Positions 43,812 to 53,633 of a DNA stretch of 64,000 nt are shown one piece after another (positions within the stretch are counted from its first letter, which is position 1; every line of letters starts with the position of its first letter). The notes under the pieces were generated by a model. That model saw only the letters and a list, made by a program, of their open reading frames with translations, was not told the DNA's origin and did no database searches. This DNA is from Flectonema sp. DT1601 (Eukaryota): positions 186,001 through 250,000 of the forward strand of contig OZ025802.1 in the NCBI GenBank assembly GCA_964019425.1. The letters are read 5' to 3'. A program made the translations under genes and the position numbers.

Positions 43812-44846
43812 CTACTCCAAATCGATAACAAACTGGTTCGTAAATTCCATCCTTTGTGGAACTCTGCTGGCACCAGCACCAGTCCAGTTCAACAAACCCC
43901 AGTAGGTAAAATCATGAGACTTGAGATGATCAGGTGCGGAACCCCAACGATCACCTATCCAAACATATTGCCAACCAGTTGTTGTGTTCAGTGGAAGAAC
44001 GTATGTTTGCTGAGCAGGAATTTCACGAGACGGGTTAATTGAACCTTCATGAGAGTAGTTACCTAATATAGAGTCTGCAGCAAACACTTCAATGTCACCA
44101 CCTTCAGAGCAGAAACAGCAGCACTCTGATGCCAATGCGAAATATCTTCCTGACTCGCGGTCGATAAAGATTGATGGAGCTTCCATACATCCTGTTGGGT
44201 TTAATGGAGTAGAGTCTCCTTGAGAATAGATGAAATCAGGAGTTAGCTTTTCGATAGTTAGTAAATGACCAACCTTCTGAACACTAGTGTATACAATATA
44301 ACCTTGGCCGTCGTCATCAACGAAAACTTTGCTATCCCCTTCCGGAGATCTGGTGAGATTAGCATGAGCATTCACTACCATAAATGGTCCAAATCTACTC
44401 TTCGAAGTTGCTACAAAGTACCGGGACAACTGAAAATTTTGCTGAGGTAAATAATTAGCCCAAAGAACATAAAGATCAGTCAACTTGTTGTAAACCACAG
44501 TAGTAGCGAACACAATACCATGAGGACGGTTACTAAGAGGGAGAACATCTCCTCTATTCTCCCAACTACCAGAAGACAAGTCCTTAGATGTGTACAAAGT
44601 TACAGAATGATTGAACATGAATCCACATGAGTTGTTAACACTTGATTTAGAACACCCAGGATTCTCAATACAATCTCCATAACCGATGGAATACCAATGG
44701 TATTCTCCATCTATTAAAACAATATTACCATCATGTGCATTTAGTATATTACCATCTGTGTCTCTACGAGGTGAGATATTTGATATCACTGTGCCGCTGG
44801 TTATCAAGACTGCTGACAACAGCAAGAGGAGTGAAGCTGACATCAT
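43812..44846 (-). CDS. Secreted glycoside hydrolase family 43 (five-bladed beta-propeller; exo-beta-1,3-galactanase-like), copy 1
   Basis: Signal peptide; DTDGNILNAHDG, YTSKDL, GDSKVFVDDDGQGYIVY, EAP, AQQTYV, WIGDRW motifs. Confidence 0.82.
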   Translation of the reverse strand: MMSASLLLLLSAVLITSGTVISNISPRRDTDGNILNAHDGNIVLIDGEYHWYSIGYGDCIENPGCSKSSVNNSCGFMFNHSVTLYTSKDLSSGSWENRGDVLPLSNRPHGIVFATTVVYNKLTDLYVLWANYLPQQNFQLSRYFVATSKSRFGPFMVVNAHANLTRSPEGDSKVFVDDDGQGYIVYTSVQKVGHLLTIEKLTPDFIYSQGDSTPLNPTGCMEAPSIFIDRESGRYFALASECCCFCSEGGDIEVFAADSILGNYSHEGSINPSREIPAQQTYVLPLNTTTGWQYVWIGDRWGSAPDHLKSHDFTYWGLLNWTGAGASRVPQRMEFTNQFVIDLE

Positions 44847-45393
44847 TTTTTAATTTATTTTTTTTAAATATTTCTTTAAACTGTGGGAAAAGGAATGAAT
44901 TTCATACGACGCCCGTTATTTAAATTCCTCTGAAACTACCGTCAGTTGACATTCCTGCAAAAAAAAGACAAAACACAAAAATCGCTGCCACGACAGTTGG
45001 ACAACTTTTATGTGAAAAGGCAGGAAAAAAGGGAAGGAAAGAGCAGAGAGAGAGAGAGAGGACAAAATAATAGGTTTCTGGGATTCCAAATGTATTAAAC
45101 AGTGAGCCATCATTAATTATCATAAAAAACGCTTGCCGATGTCATGACTAGAAAGAGTCTACCTTGTTTTCAATGGCACATGGTGAAGTGAAATGTGAAA
45201 ACGTAAGTTTCTTTTCAAAAAAAAGAAAAAAAAAAAGAAAACTCAAGAAGGGCGGCACTTTTAATTTCTGACACGGAATACAAACAACGGGGGTAATGGC
45301 AACATTTGTTTTTTAAAAATCCCAAAAATGAAAATTATATAGTAATTCAAAAAAAAAAAAAAAAAAGATTAGGTTTCCCACAAACGGGAACAA

Positions 45394-46434
45394 CTATTCC
45401 AAATCGATAACAAATTGGTCCGTAAATTTCATCATTTGTGGAACTCTGCTGGCACCAGCACCAGTCCAGTTCAACAAACTCCAGTAGGTAAAATCATGAG
45501 ACTTGAGATGATCAGGTGCGGAACCCCAATGATTACCAATCCAAACGTATTCCCAACCAGTTGTTGTGTTCAGCGGAAGAACGTACGTTTGCTGAGCAGG
45601 AACCGCAAGATAAGAGTTAATTGCAGCAACCTGATAGTAGTGACCTAATATAGAGTCTGCCGCATACACGAAAACGCTAGTACCTCCAGAGCAGAAACAG
45701 CAGTAACACCCTGTTGCCAATGCGAAATATCTTCCTGACTCGCGGTCGATAAAGATTGTTGGCACTCCTCCCAAACATCCTGTTGGGTTTAATGGAAGAG
45801 AGTCTCCTTGAGAATAGATGAAATCAGGAGTTAGCCTTTCGATACTTACCGTATGTTCCATGCTCGGAGTACTAACGTATGTAATATAACCTTGGCCGTC
45901 GTCATCAACGAAAACTTTACCACTCTGAGTGTCGAATCTGGTGAGGTTAGCTTCAGCGTTCACTACCATAAATGGTCCAAATCTACTCTTCGAAGTCGCT
46001 ACAAGGAACCGGGACAACCGAATATCCTGCTCTGGAAAATAATCAGCCCAAAGAACATAAAGATCAGTCAACTTGTTGTAAACCACTGATGCTCCCAACA
46101 TTGTTCCCGAAGGCCGGTTATCCACTGGAAGCACATTTCCTCTATTCACCCAACTACCAGAAGACAAGTCCTTAGATGTGTACAAAGTTACAGAATGATT
46201 AGACATGAATCCACATGACTCTCTTACACTAATTTTAGAACATCCATCATTCTCAACACAATCATCAAAACCAACGGAGTACCAATGGTATTCTCCATCT
46301 ATTAAAATAATATTACCATCATGTGCATTTAGTATATTACCATCTGTGTCTCTACGAGGTGAGATATTTGATATCACTGTGCCGCTGGTTATCAAGACTG
46401 CTGACAACAGCAAGAGGAGTGAAGCTGACATCAT
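45394..46434 (-). CDS. Secreted GH43-like protein, copy 2 (predicted catalytic Asp/Glu substituted)
   Basis: Paralog of copy 1, with GDSK changed to QSGK, MEAP to LGGVP and GDRW to GNHW. Confidence 0.8.
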   Translation of the reverse strand: MMSASLLLLLSAVLITSGTVISNISPRRDTDGNILNAHDGNIILIDGEYHWYSVGFDDCVENDGCSKISVRESCGFMSNHSVTLYTSKDLSSGSWVNRGNVLPVDNRPSGTMLGASVVYNKLTDLYVLWADYFPEQDIRLSRFLVATSKSRFGPFMVVNAEANLTRFDTQSGKVFVDDDGQGYITYVSTPSMEHTVSIERLTPDFIYSQGDSLPLNPTGCLGGVPTIFIDRESGRYFALATGCYCCFCSGGTSVFVYAADSILGHYYQVAAINSYLAVPAQQTYVLPLNTTTGWEYVWIGNHWGSAPDHLKSHDFTYWSLLNWTGAGASRVPQMMKFTDQFVIDLE

Positions 46435-46981
46435 TTTTTAATTTATTTTTTTTAAATATTTCTTTAAACTGTGGGAAAAGGAATGAATTTCATACGACGC
46501 CCGTTATTTAAATTCCTCTGAAACTACCGTCAGTTGACATTCCTGCAAAAAAAAGACAAAACACAAAAATCGCTGCCACGACAGTTGGACAACTTTTATG
46601 TGAAAAGGCAGGAAAAAAGGGAAGGAAAGAGCAGAGAGAGAGAGAGAGGACAAAATAATAGGTTTCTGGGATTCCAAATGTATTAAACAGTGAGCCATCA
46701 TTAATTATCATAAAAAACGCTTGCCGATGTCATGACTAGAAAGAGTCTACCTTGTTTTCAATGGCACATGGTGAAGTGAAATGTGAAAACGTAAGTTTCT
46801 TTTCAAAAAAAAGAAAAAAAAAAAGAAAACTCAAGAAGGGCGGCACTTTTAATTTCTGACACGGAATACAAACAACGGGGGTAATGGCAACATTTGTTTT
46901 TTAAAAATCCCAAAAATGAAAATTATATAGTAATTCAAAAAAAAAAAAAAAAAAGATTAGGTTTCCCACAAACGGGAACAA

Positions 46982-48022
46982 CTATTCCAAATCGATAACA
47001 AATTGGTCCGTAAATTTCATCATTTGTGGAACTCTGCTGGCACCAGCACCAGTCCAGTTCAACAAACTCCAGTAGGTAAAATCATGAGACTTGAGATGAT
47101 CAGGTGCGGAACCCCAATGATTACCAATCCAAACGTATTCCCAACCAGTTGTTGTGTTCAGCGGAAGAACGTATGTTTGCTGAGCAGGAGCCCCAAGATA
47201 AGAGTTAATTGCAGCAACCTGATAGTAGTGACCTAATATAGAGTCTGCCGCATACACGAAAACGCTAGTACCTCCAGAGCAGAAACAGCAGTAACACCCT
47301 GTTGCCAATGCGAAATATCTTCCTGACTCGCGGTCGATAAAGATTGTTGGCACTCCTCCCAAACATCCTGTTGGGTTTAATGGAAGAGAGTCTCCTTGAG
47401 AATAGATGAAATCAGGAGTTAGCCTTTCGATACTTACCGTATGTTCCATGCTCGGAGTACTAACGTATGTAATATAACCTTGGCCGTCGTCATCAACGAA
47501 AACTTTACCACTCTGAGTGTCGAATCTGGTGAGGTTAGCTTCAGCGTTCACTACCATAAATGGTCCAAATCTACTCTTCGAAGTCGCTACAAGGAACCGG
47601 GACAACCGAATATCCTGCTCTGGAAAATAATCAGCCCAAAGAACATAAAGATCAGTCAACTTGTTGTAAACCACTGATGCTCCCAACATTGTTCCCGAAG
47701 GCCGGTTATCCACTGGAAGCACATTTCCTCTATTCACCCAACTACCAGAAGACAAGTCCTTAGATGTGTACAAAGTTACAGAATGATTAGACATGAATCC
47801 ACATGACTCTCTTACACTAATTTTAGAACATCCATCATTCTCAACACAATCATCAAAACCAACGGAGTACCAATGGTATTCTCCATCTATTAAAATAATA
47901 TTACCATCATGTGCATTTAGTATATTACCATCTGTGTCTCTACGAGGTGAGATATTTGATATCACTGTGCCGCTGGTTATCAAGACTGCTGACAACAGCA
48001 AGAGGAGTGAAGCTGACATCAT
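46982..48022 (-). CDS. Secreted GH43-like protein, copy 3 (near-identical to copy 2)
   Basis: Differs from copy 2 at the protein level only by YLGAP versus YLAVP. Confidence 0.8.
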   Translation of the reverse strand: MMSASLLLLLSAVLITSGTVISNISPRRDTDGNILNAHDGNIILIDGEYHWYSVGFDDCVENDGCSKISVRESCGFMSNHSVTLYTSKDLSSGSWVNRGNVLPVDNRPSGTMLGASVVYNKLTDLYVLWADYFPEQDIRLSRFLVATSKSRFGPFMVVNAEANLTRFDTQSGKVFVDDDGQGYITYVSTPSMEHTVSIERLTPDFIYSQGDSLPLNPTGCLGGVPTIFIDRESGRYFALATGCYCCFCSGGTSVFVYAADSILGHYYQVAAINSYLGAPAQQTYVLPLNTTTGWEYVWIGNHWGSAPDHLKSHDFTYWSLLNWTGAGASRVPQMMKFTDQFVIDLE

Positions 48023-48421
48023 TTTTTAATTTATTTTTTTAAAATATTTCTTTAAACTGTGGGAAAAGGAATGAATTTCATACGACGCCCGTTATTTAAA
48101 TTCCTCATTTTCTAATTTATTTATTTTATTCTTTTAAAAAAATTCTGTTGGCTGTAGAGAATGTAATTTGAGACTTATGTTGTTTTAGTTTTTTCTGCTT
48201 ACTAATTAGTTGGAAAAACATAAAGAAGGAGGAATATGGTTTCAATAGGATCCGCAGTACAACTCTGGTTAAAGAGACTAGCGGGATCTTGCTCGATATG
48301 AGAACTGCAAAATATGCAACAAAATATCATAGGAAACAACGTGTGAAATAGCAGAGAGTAATAATAATATGTAGAAACACAGGAAACAGTTTTGAACAAT
48401 TAAGATTAAAAAACTGAACAA

Positions 48422-49447
48422 CTACTCCAAATCGATAACAAACTGGTTCGTAAATTTCATCATTTGTGGAACTCTGCTGGCACCAGCACCAGTCCAGTTC
48501 AACAAACTCCAGTAGGTAAAATCATGAGACTTGAGATGATCAGGTGCGGAACCCCAACGATCACCAATCCAAACATATTGCCAACCAGTTGTTGTGTTCA
48601 GTGGAAGAACGTATGTTTGCTGAGCAGGAATTTCAAGAGACGGGTTAATTGAACCTTGATGAGTGTAGTTACCTAATATAGAGTCTGATTTATAAATTTG
48701 AACATTACCACCTTGAGAACAAAAGCAACAGCAGTTAGATGTTAGAGCGAAGTATTTATGTGACACTCTGTCAATAATAATAGAAGGTGATTCTTCACAA
48801 CCAGACGGGTTAAAAAAGTTACTTGAATCACCCTGAGAATAAAAGAAATCCGGAGTTAGTTTTTCAACGGTAACTTTTCCATTAGCTGTGTATATAATAT
48901 ATCCTTGGCCGTCGTCATCAATGAAAAGCTTGCTATCTCCTTGAGGTGATCTGGTTAAGTTTACGTGAGGATTTTCTAACATAAATGGTCCAAATCTACT
49001 CTTTGAAGTCGCTACGAAATATCTAGCAATCTTGAAATTTTGCTGCGGTAAATAATTAGCCCAAAGAACATAAAGATCAGTCAACTTGTTGTAAACCACT
49101 GATGTCGCGAACATTGTTCCCGAAGGCCGGTTATCCACTGGAAGCACATTTCCTCTATTCACCCAACTACCAGAAGACAAGTCCTTAGATGTGTACAAAG
49201 TTACAGAATGATTGAACATGAATCCACATGAGTTGTTAACACTTGATTTAGAACACCCAGGATTCTCAATACAATCTCCATAACCGATGGAATACCAATG
49301 GTATTCTCCATCTATTAAAACAATATTACCATCATGTGCATTTAGTATATTACCATCTGTGTCTCTACGAGGTGAGATATTTGATATCACTGTGCCGCTG
49401 GTTATCAAGACTGCTGACAACAGCAAGAGGAGTGAAGCTGACATCAT
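48422..49447 (-). CDS. Secreted GH43 protein, copy 4
   Basis: Retains GDSK, EESP, AQQ and GDRW. Start set at MMSAS (49447) by homology with the other copies. Confidence 0.82.
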   Translation of the reverse strand: MMSASLLLLLSAVLITSGTVISNISPRRDTDGNILNAHDGNIVLIDGEYHWYSIGYGDCIENPGCSKSSVNNSCGFMFNHSVTLYTSKDLSSGSWVNRGNVLPVDNRPSGTMFATSVVYNKLTDLYVLWANYLPQQNFKIARYFVATSKSRFGPFMLENPHVNLTRSPQGDSKLFIDDDGQGYIIYTANGKVTVEKLTPDFFYSQGDSSNFFNPSGCEESPSIIIDRVSHKYFALTSNCCCFCSQGGNVQIYKSDSILGNYTHQGSINPSLEIPAQQTYVLPLNTTTGWQYVWIGDRWGSAPDHLKSHDFTYWSLLNWTGAGASRVPQMMKFTNQFVIDLE

Positions 49448-51262
49448 TTTTATCATTTTATTTTTTTAAATTATTCTTAAAACTGTGCGAAATTGAATTT
49501 TGATATAAAATTTGATTACGCTCTGTAGAAGGACAATCACGGTTTCGACGCAGCGACGAAGGCTGACCTGACCAGCGAGCACTACACGGCATGTGGACGC
49601 AGTGGACTGCGTGTTGCCAATGACACATTACGAAACGTCTACTCTGTGGGTGGTTTTTAAACTCTCTACTACTTCCTGTCAATTCTAATATTAATGTTTC
49701 CTTAGACAAATGAATAGTTGGATTTCATTTTGATAAAAAGAAAAGAAAACAGACAACACAACCCGAAAGAAAGGCAGCAGCTGGGGAACACAATGGAGCG
49801 GGTAGGGGGTGGTAAGGCGGGGAATAGGAATTGCGTGCGGCCTTCAAAGAATTCTTTTTTAGAATGTGCCTGTTGTTTGGGCAGACATGACCTCCTTTAA
49901 TTTTTTTCTTTTGATAAAAAACACAAGCGTTCGACTTGTTGTCGGTGTTGCTCCCCTGCTGGGTGATGTTCTCTCTTTTTTTTTTTTTTTTTTTTTTTTA
50001 AATTCTCCTTCCATACCCATATTCTTCATTTCTTTCTTTTTTCTTTCTTGTTTTAACATTCTAGCCATGGGTAACCGAGTAATCGGGAAAAAATGTATTA
50101 GTTCATCAAGAAGAGGCCGCATAACAATCTCAAATTTGTTTATTGACGTCCACTTAAGTAGTTGTAATTTAAGCGCACCTTTTTTTTTTTTTTTTTTTTT
50201 TTTTTCACCCCGCTTCTTTATAAGTTTTTTTTCGTTTCTCTGAGGTTCCCTGCTAATTATGAGAAGGCAGTCGGGTAATAGACTTATCAGGAAACCGTGT
50301 ACTCTCTTTTCCCTATCTCTCTCTCTTAGCTTGCTTTATTAATTTCAGTAGAGTGGAATACCGCACCTTTGCGTCAACACTTTAGGAAATTTGTCACTCT
50401 TTTACTTTCATTCTTTTTTTTTTTTTTTTTTTTTCTTTAAAGGCTCTTCTCACAGTCAAGGAACCTAGTGTACTCTCTCTCTTAAATAGGTTTCGCTTTA
50501 ACCAGTCAGTGGTGGAAACGACACTTTGTACGTTTCTTCTCTCAGCGTTTTTTTTAATTATTTTTTTTTTTTAATTAATTTTTAGTTTAGTTTAGTTTTT
50601 TTTTTTTTTTTTATCGGTCTGCTTAGTTGATACAGTCCTGCACGCTCAACCGGTTGATGACCAGTTCCATGAAAGACGAAAGACTTAAAAGAGAGAAAGA
50701 AAAAAAAAGAAGAAAAAAAAATTGCTGTCACGCGCAAAATAAAAAAAAGGATTGTCTAGCACCTTAGGTGCCGATTCCAATAAACAGAAATTATTTAACT
50801 GTATTATAACAGAACAAGAAGGAAAAAGAAAAACGAGGTGTAGATAACACTTTGGGTTTCAGCAAATATCGGTTTTAAAGTTTAATTTTTGTTTTTATTT
50901 TTTTAAATTTTTTTTTTTTTGTATTCTTCAGAATATTCTTTCCATGATAAGCGTGTATGATTAGGGGAAATTGAAGAAAGAGGAGGAGTAACTGAAAAAA
51001 AAAAAAAAAAAAAAAACGGGCGATTTCCGATTTTTTTTAAAAAAAAGAGCAGAGGAGGGAAGCCAAAAAAAAAAAAAAAGAGACAAAGCTGTCACACCGA
51101 GGCAGGCGACAACGTTACCCCAACACAATTATAATAGCGACGCGCCGTACTGTGAGGGGAGCTAGCAACGAATAGCCAAAGGATATACTCGTTTGTGTGA
51201 AACCTTACTTGTCGAATCTAGGAAACAGAAAATAGAAACAAAAACACGCAAACCAAAAAGAA

Positions 51263-51361
51263 GGGGGTTAACTGTTCGAGTTTGTACTTAAAATACAAAT
51301 GTATTGTATCATAAACAACATAACGATAATTTAACATTAATTCCGAGATACAGTGACTAAG
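51263..51361 (+). repeat. ~100-bp dispersed repeat, copy 3
   Basis: GGGGGTTAACTGTTCGAGTTTGTACTTAAAATACAAATGTATTGTATCATAAACAACATAACGATAATTTAACATTAATTCCGAGATACAGTGACTAAG matches the inverse of 23821-23922. Confidence 0.85.
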
Positions 51362-52229
51362 AGGGGGGTGAAAAAAAAAAAAAAGAAAAGAAAAAACTAA
51401 AGTAATAGAACAACTGTTTTTTTTCCTTCCCAATTTTATTTGGTGGTGAGCGACTTTCTTTCCCCCCCCCTTTCTTCTATATAATGCCACCGAGATATTT
51501 AAAATAAAAAAATAAAAAATAAAAAACTCTAGCTTAAATAACAGAATTTCGCATTACAGTTGTACTGCTTCTGCCGCGGTTTTTTTTCCTAAAATGCCGG
51601 TCAAAAACTAGGTTAATCAAGCTGTTTCATGTTTCGTTCACAGTTGCCGGTCGTGGAATTTCATTTTGCTTATTTAACTGTCATTCTGATATTCATTTTT
51701 TTGTTCTTTCTTTTTCTTTTCTTTTTTTTTTTTTTTTTTTTTTAATTCCCCCACCCCTTTGTTTTCGTTTTCCTTCAGTTTCCATTATTGTAACAAACAC
51801 TAGCAACCCCAAGTAGTACAACTCGCAACCTGAGGTGGGTTTTATTTATTTATTTATTTATATTCCATTCATAAGAAAAAGAGTATTGTAACAAAGGGCG
51901 AGCGACTTAGTTCTTGTGAATGTCGGGTCACTAAAAAGACCAAGCGCATGACGTGGCGAGTAGTAAAGACATGTCAAGACTCAAAATAACGAAAATGAAA
52001 ACAACAATTAAGAAACAGCATGAACCAAACAAGATACCCCATAGAAATACTACTAACTGGCGAGACGGGTAAACTAAACAGATGTCCCATTATTATTTAT
52101 AGGATAACCACAGTCACGTTAGAAAGCTCAGCATTTCACTACTTTATTTGGGGACTTTTGGGGGGGCCTGGGTAATGCTTTTTTGCTCTCCTTTTTATCA
52201 CTTTTTTTTTTTTTTTTTTTTTGTAAAGA

Positions 52230-52261
<32 letters not shown>

Positions 52262-52584
52262 CCTTTTCTTTTTCTCATGTGTGTAAGTGTTGAGGTCGTG
52301 CCTCATTCCAAAAAAAGCAAAGAGCAAATCTCAAGGAAGGTTAGAGCCTGTGGGATCGGGGTAGTGGAGGAAGACTGTGTCAATCTCTTGCTTTAAAAAC
52401 GATTTTTTTAATATTTTTTTTCCCTCTAAGCTTTTTCATAGCAACACCCCTATTACCTCTCTTCGATAAAACGATTAAAGTGGACAAGGGAGAACGCTAT
52501 TTTTTTTTTTTTCTTCATCATGAAACCTGCTTTTCCCCAACCCTTCTACGCTTCACAACTTGTGAAGGAAACTAAGAACCACAA

Positions 52585-52618
<34 letters not shown>

Positions 52619-52732
52619 CTCTAAAATGCTGGAGGATAGCTGCAACCTACCCTTAAGGTATTTGCTTTCATACATTTCAAGTCCCTAAATGAGTAGCCTG
52701 TTGTTGGACAAGGCAACTACCACTTATGGGCG

Positions 52733-52768
<36 letters not shown>

Positions 52769-53633
52769 AACTTTTTCGCAGAAATATAAGTGAACATATT
52801 CGAAGAGAAAGAACAGCAAAGAAAAAAAAAAAAAGAAAAAAAAAAAAAAACAGAAATACTTTTTTTAAAAAAAAAAAAAAAGGAAACGGCTTCTGTTAGC
52901 TTCTTTCCTCCTCTTTTTTTTTAATACCAAAGACGTGTAACATCAAAAGGTGTAGCATTGAAGGGGAACTGGATGGGTAATTTGGATGATTCCTGAAAAA
53001 CACTTGATATGGGGAGAATGAGAAAAATAGGGAATTTCCGACAAATAACTTAAAAAAAAGGCTAATCGGCGCTTCAGATAAAATAAATACCTTTTGGGAG
53101 GGTTGGAGAATACCCGTTTTTTTTTTTTTTTTTTTAATTTTTTTTTTTTTTTTCGCCTTCTAAATTTGAATCGTATCCTTCACATTGTTAATAATACTAC
53201 AAGGATCAAGCAGACCTTCACAACAAAAGCAGAAACAAAAGTAAAGCCCAAACCAGAAAATAAAAGAGAATACACGTGTGAGTACCACGCAGTCTCTTTG
53301 TTAGACGGCCGCCCATATTCTTCTCTCAAAAAAAAGAGAGAAAATAGAATGTTTGTTAAAGACACTTTTTTTTTTTTTTTTTTAAAATTTTATTCAATTT
53401 TTTTTCTTTTTCGTTTTTTTTTTTTTCCTCTTTTTTTTATAAAAAAACATCAATAGAACTCAATGTAAATAATCCGATTTACATTTTGTGCGGCTTTTCA
53501 TTGAACACAAACAATCTGCACTTGCTTTAGCTGTTTCATTCTGTACAGCAATATCTCTTGCATTAGGTCTGAATGACACAACCATTTTCAGGAATGCCCA
53601 TGTGGGTGAAATGCTGTTGTCACCCAATGAAGC

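Larger units (their letters stand above)
44692..48106. repeat. Near-perfect tandem duplication, period 1588 bp (GH43 gene + spacer)
   Basis: Spacers 44847-45393 and 46435-46981 appear identical, including the A18 run. Copies 2 and 3 differ at only a few nucleotides. Confidence 0.92.

Noticed and set aside
51534..51677. Possible tiny MITE with ~15-bp imperfect inverted repeats
   Set aside because: AT-rich, short and mismatched; could easily arise by chance.
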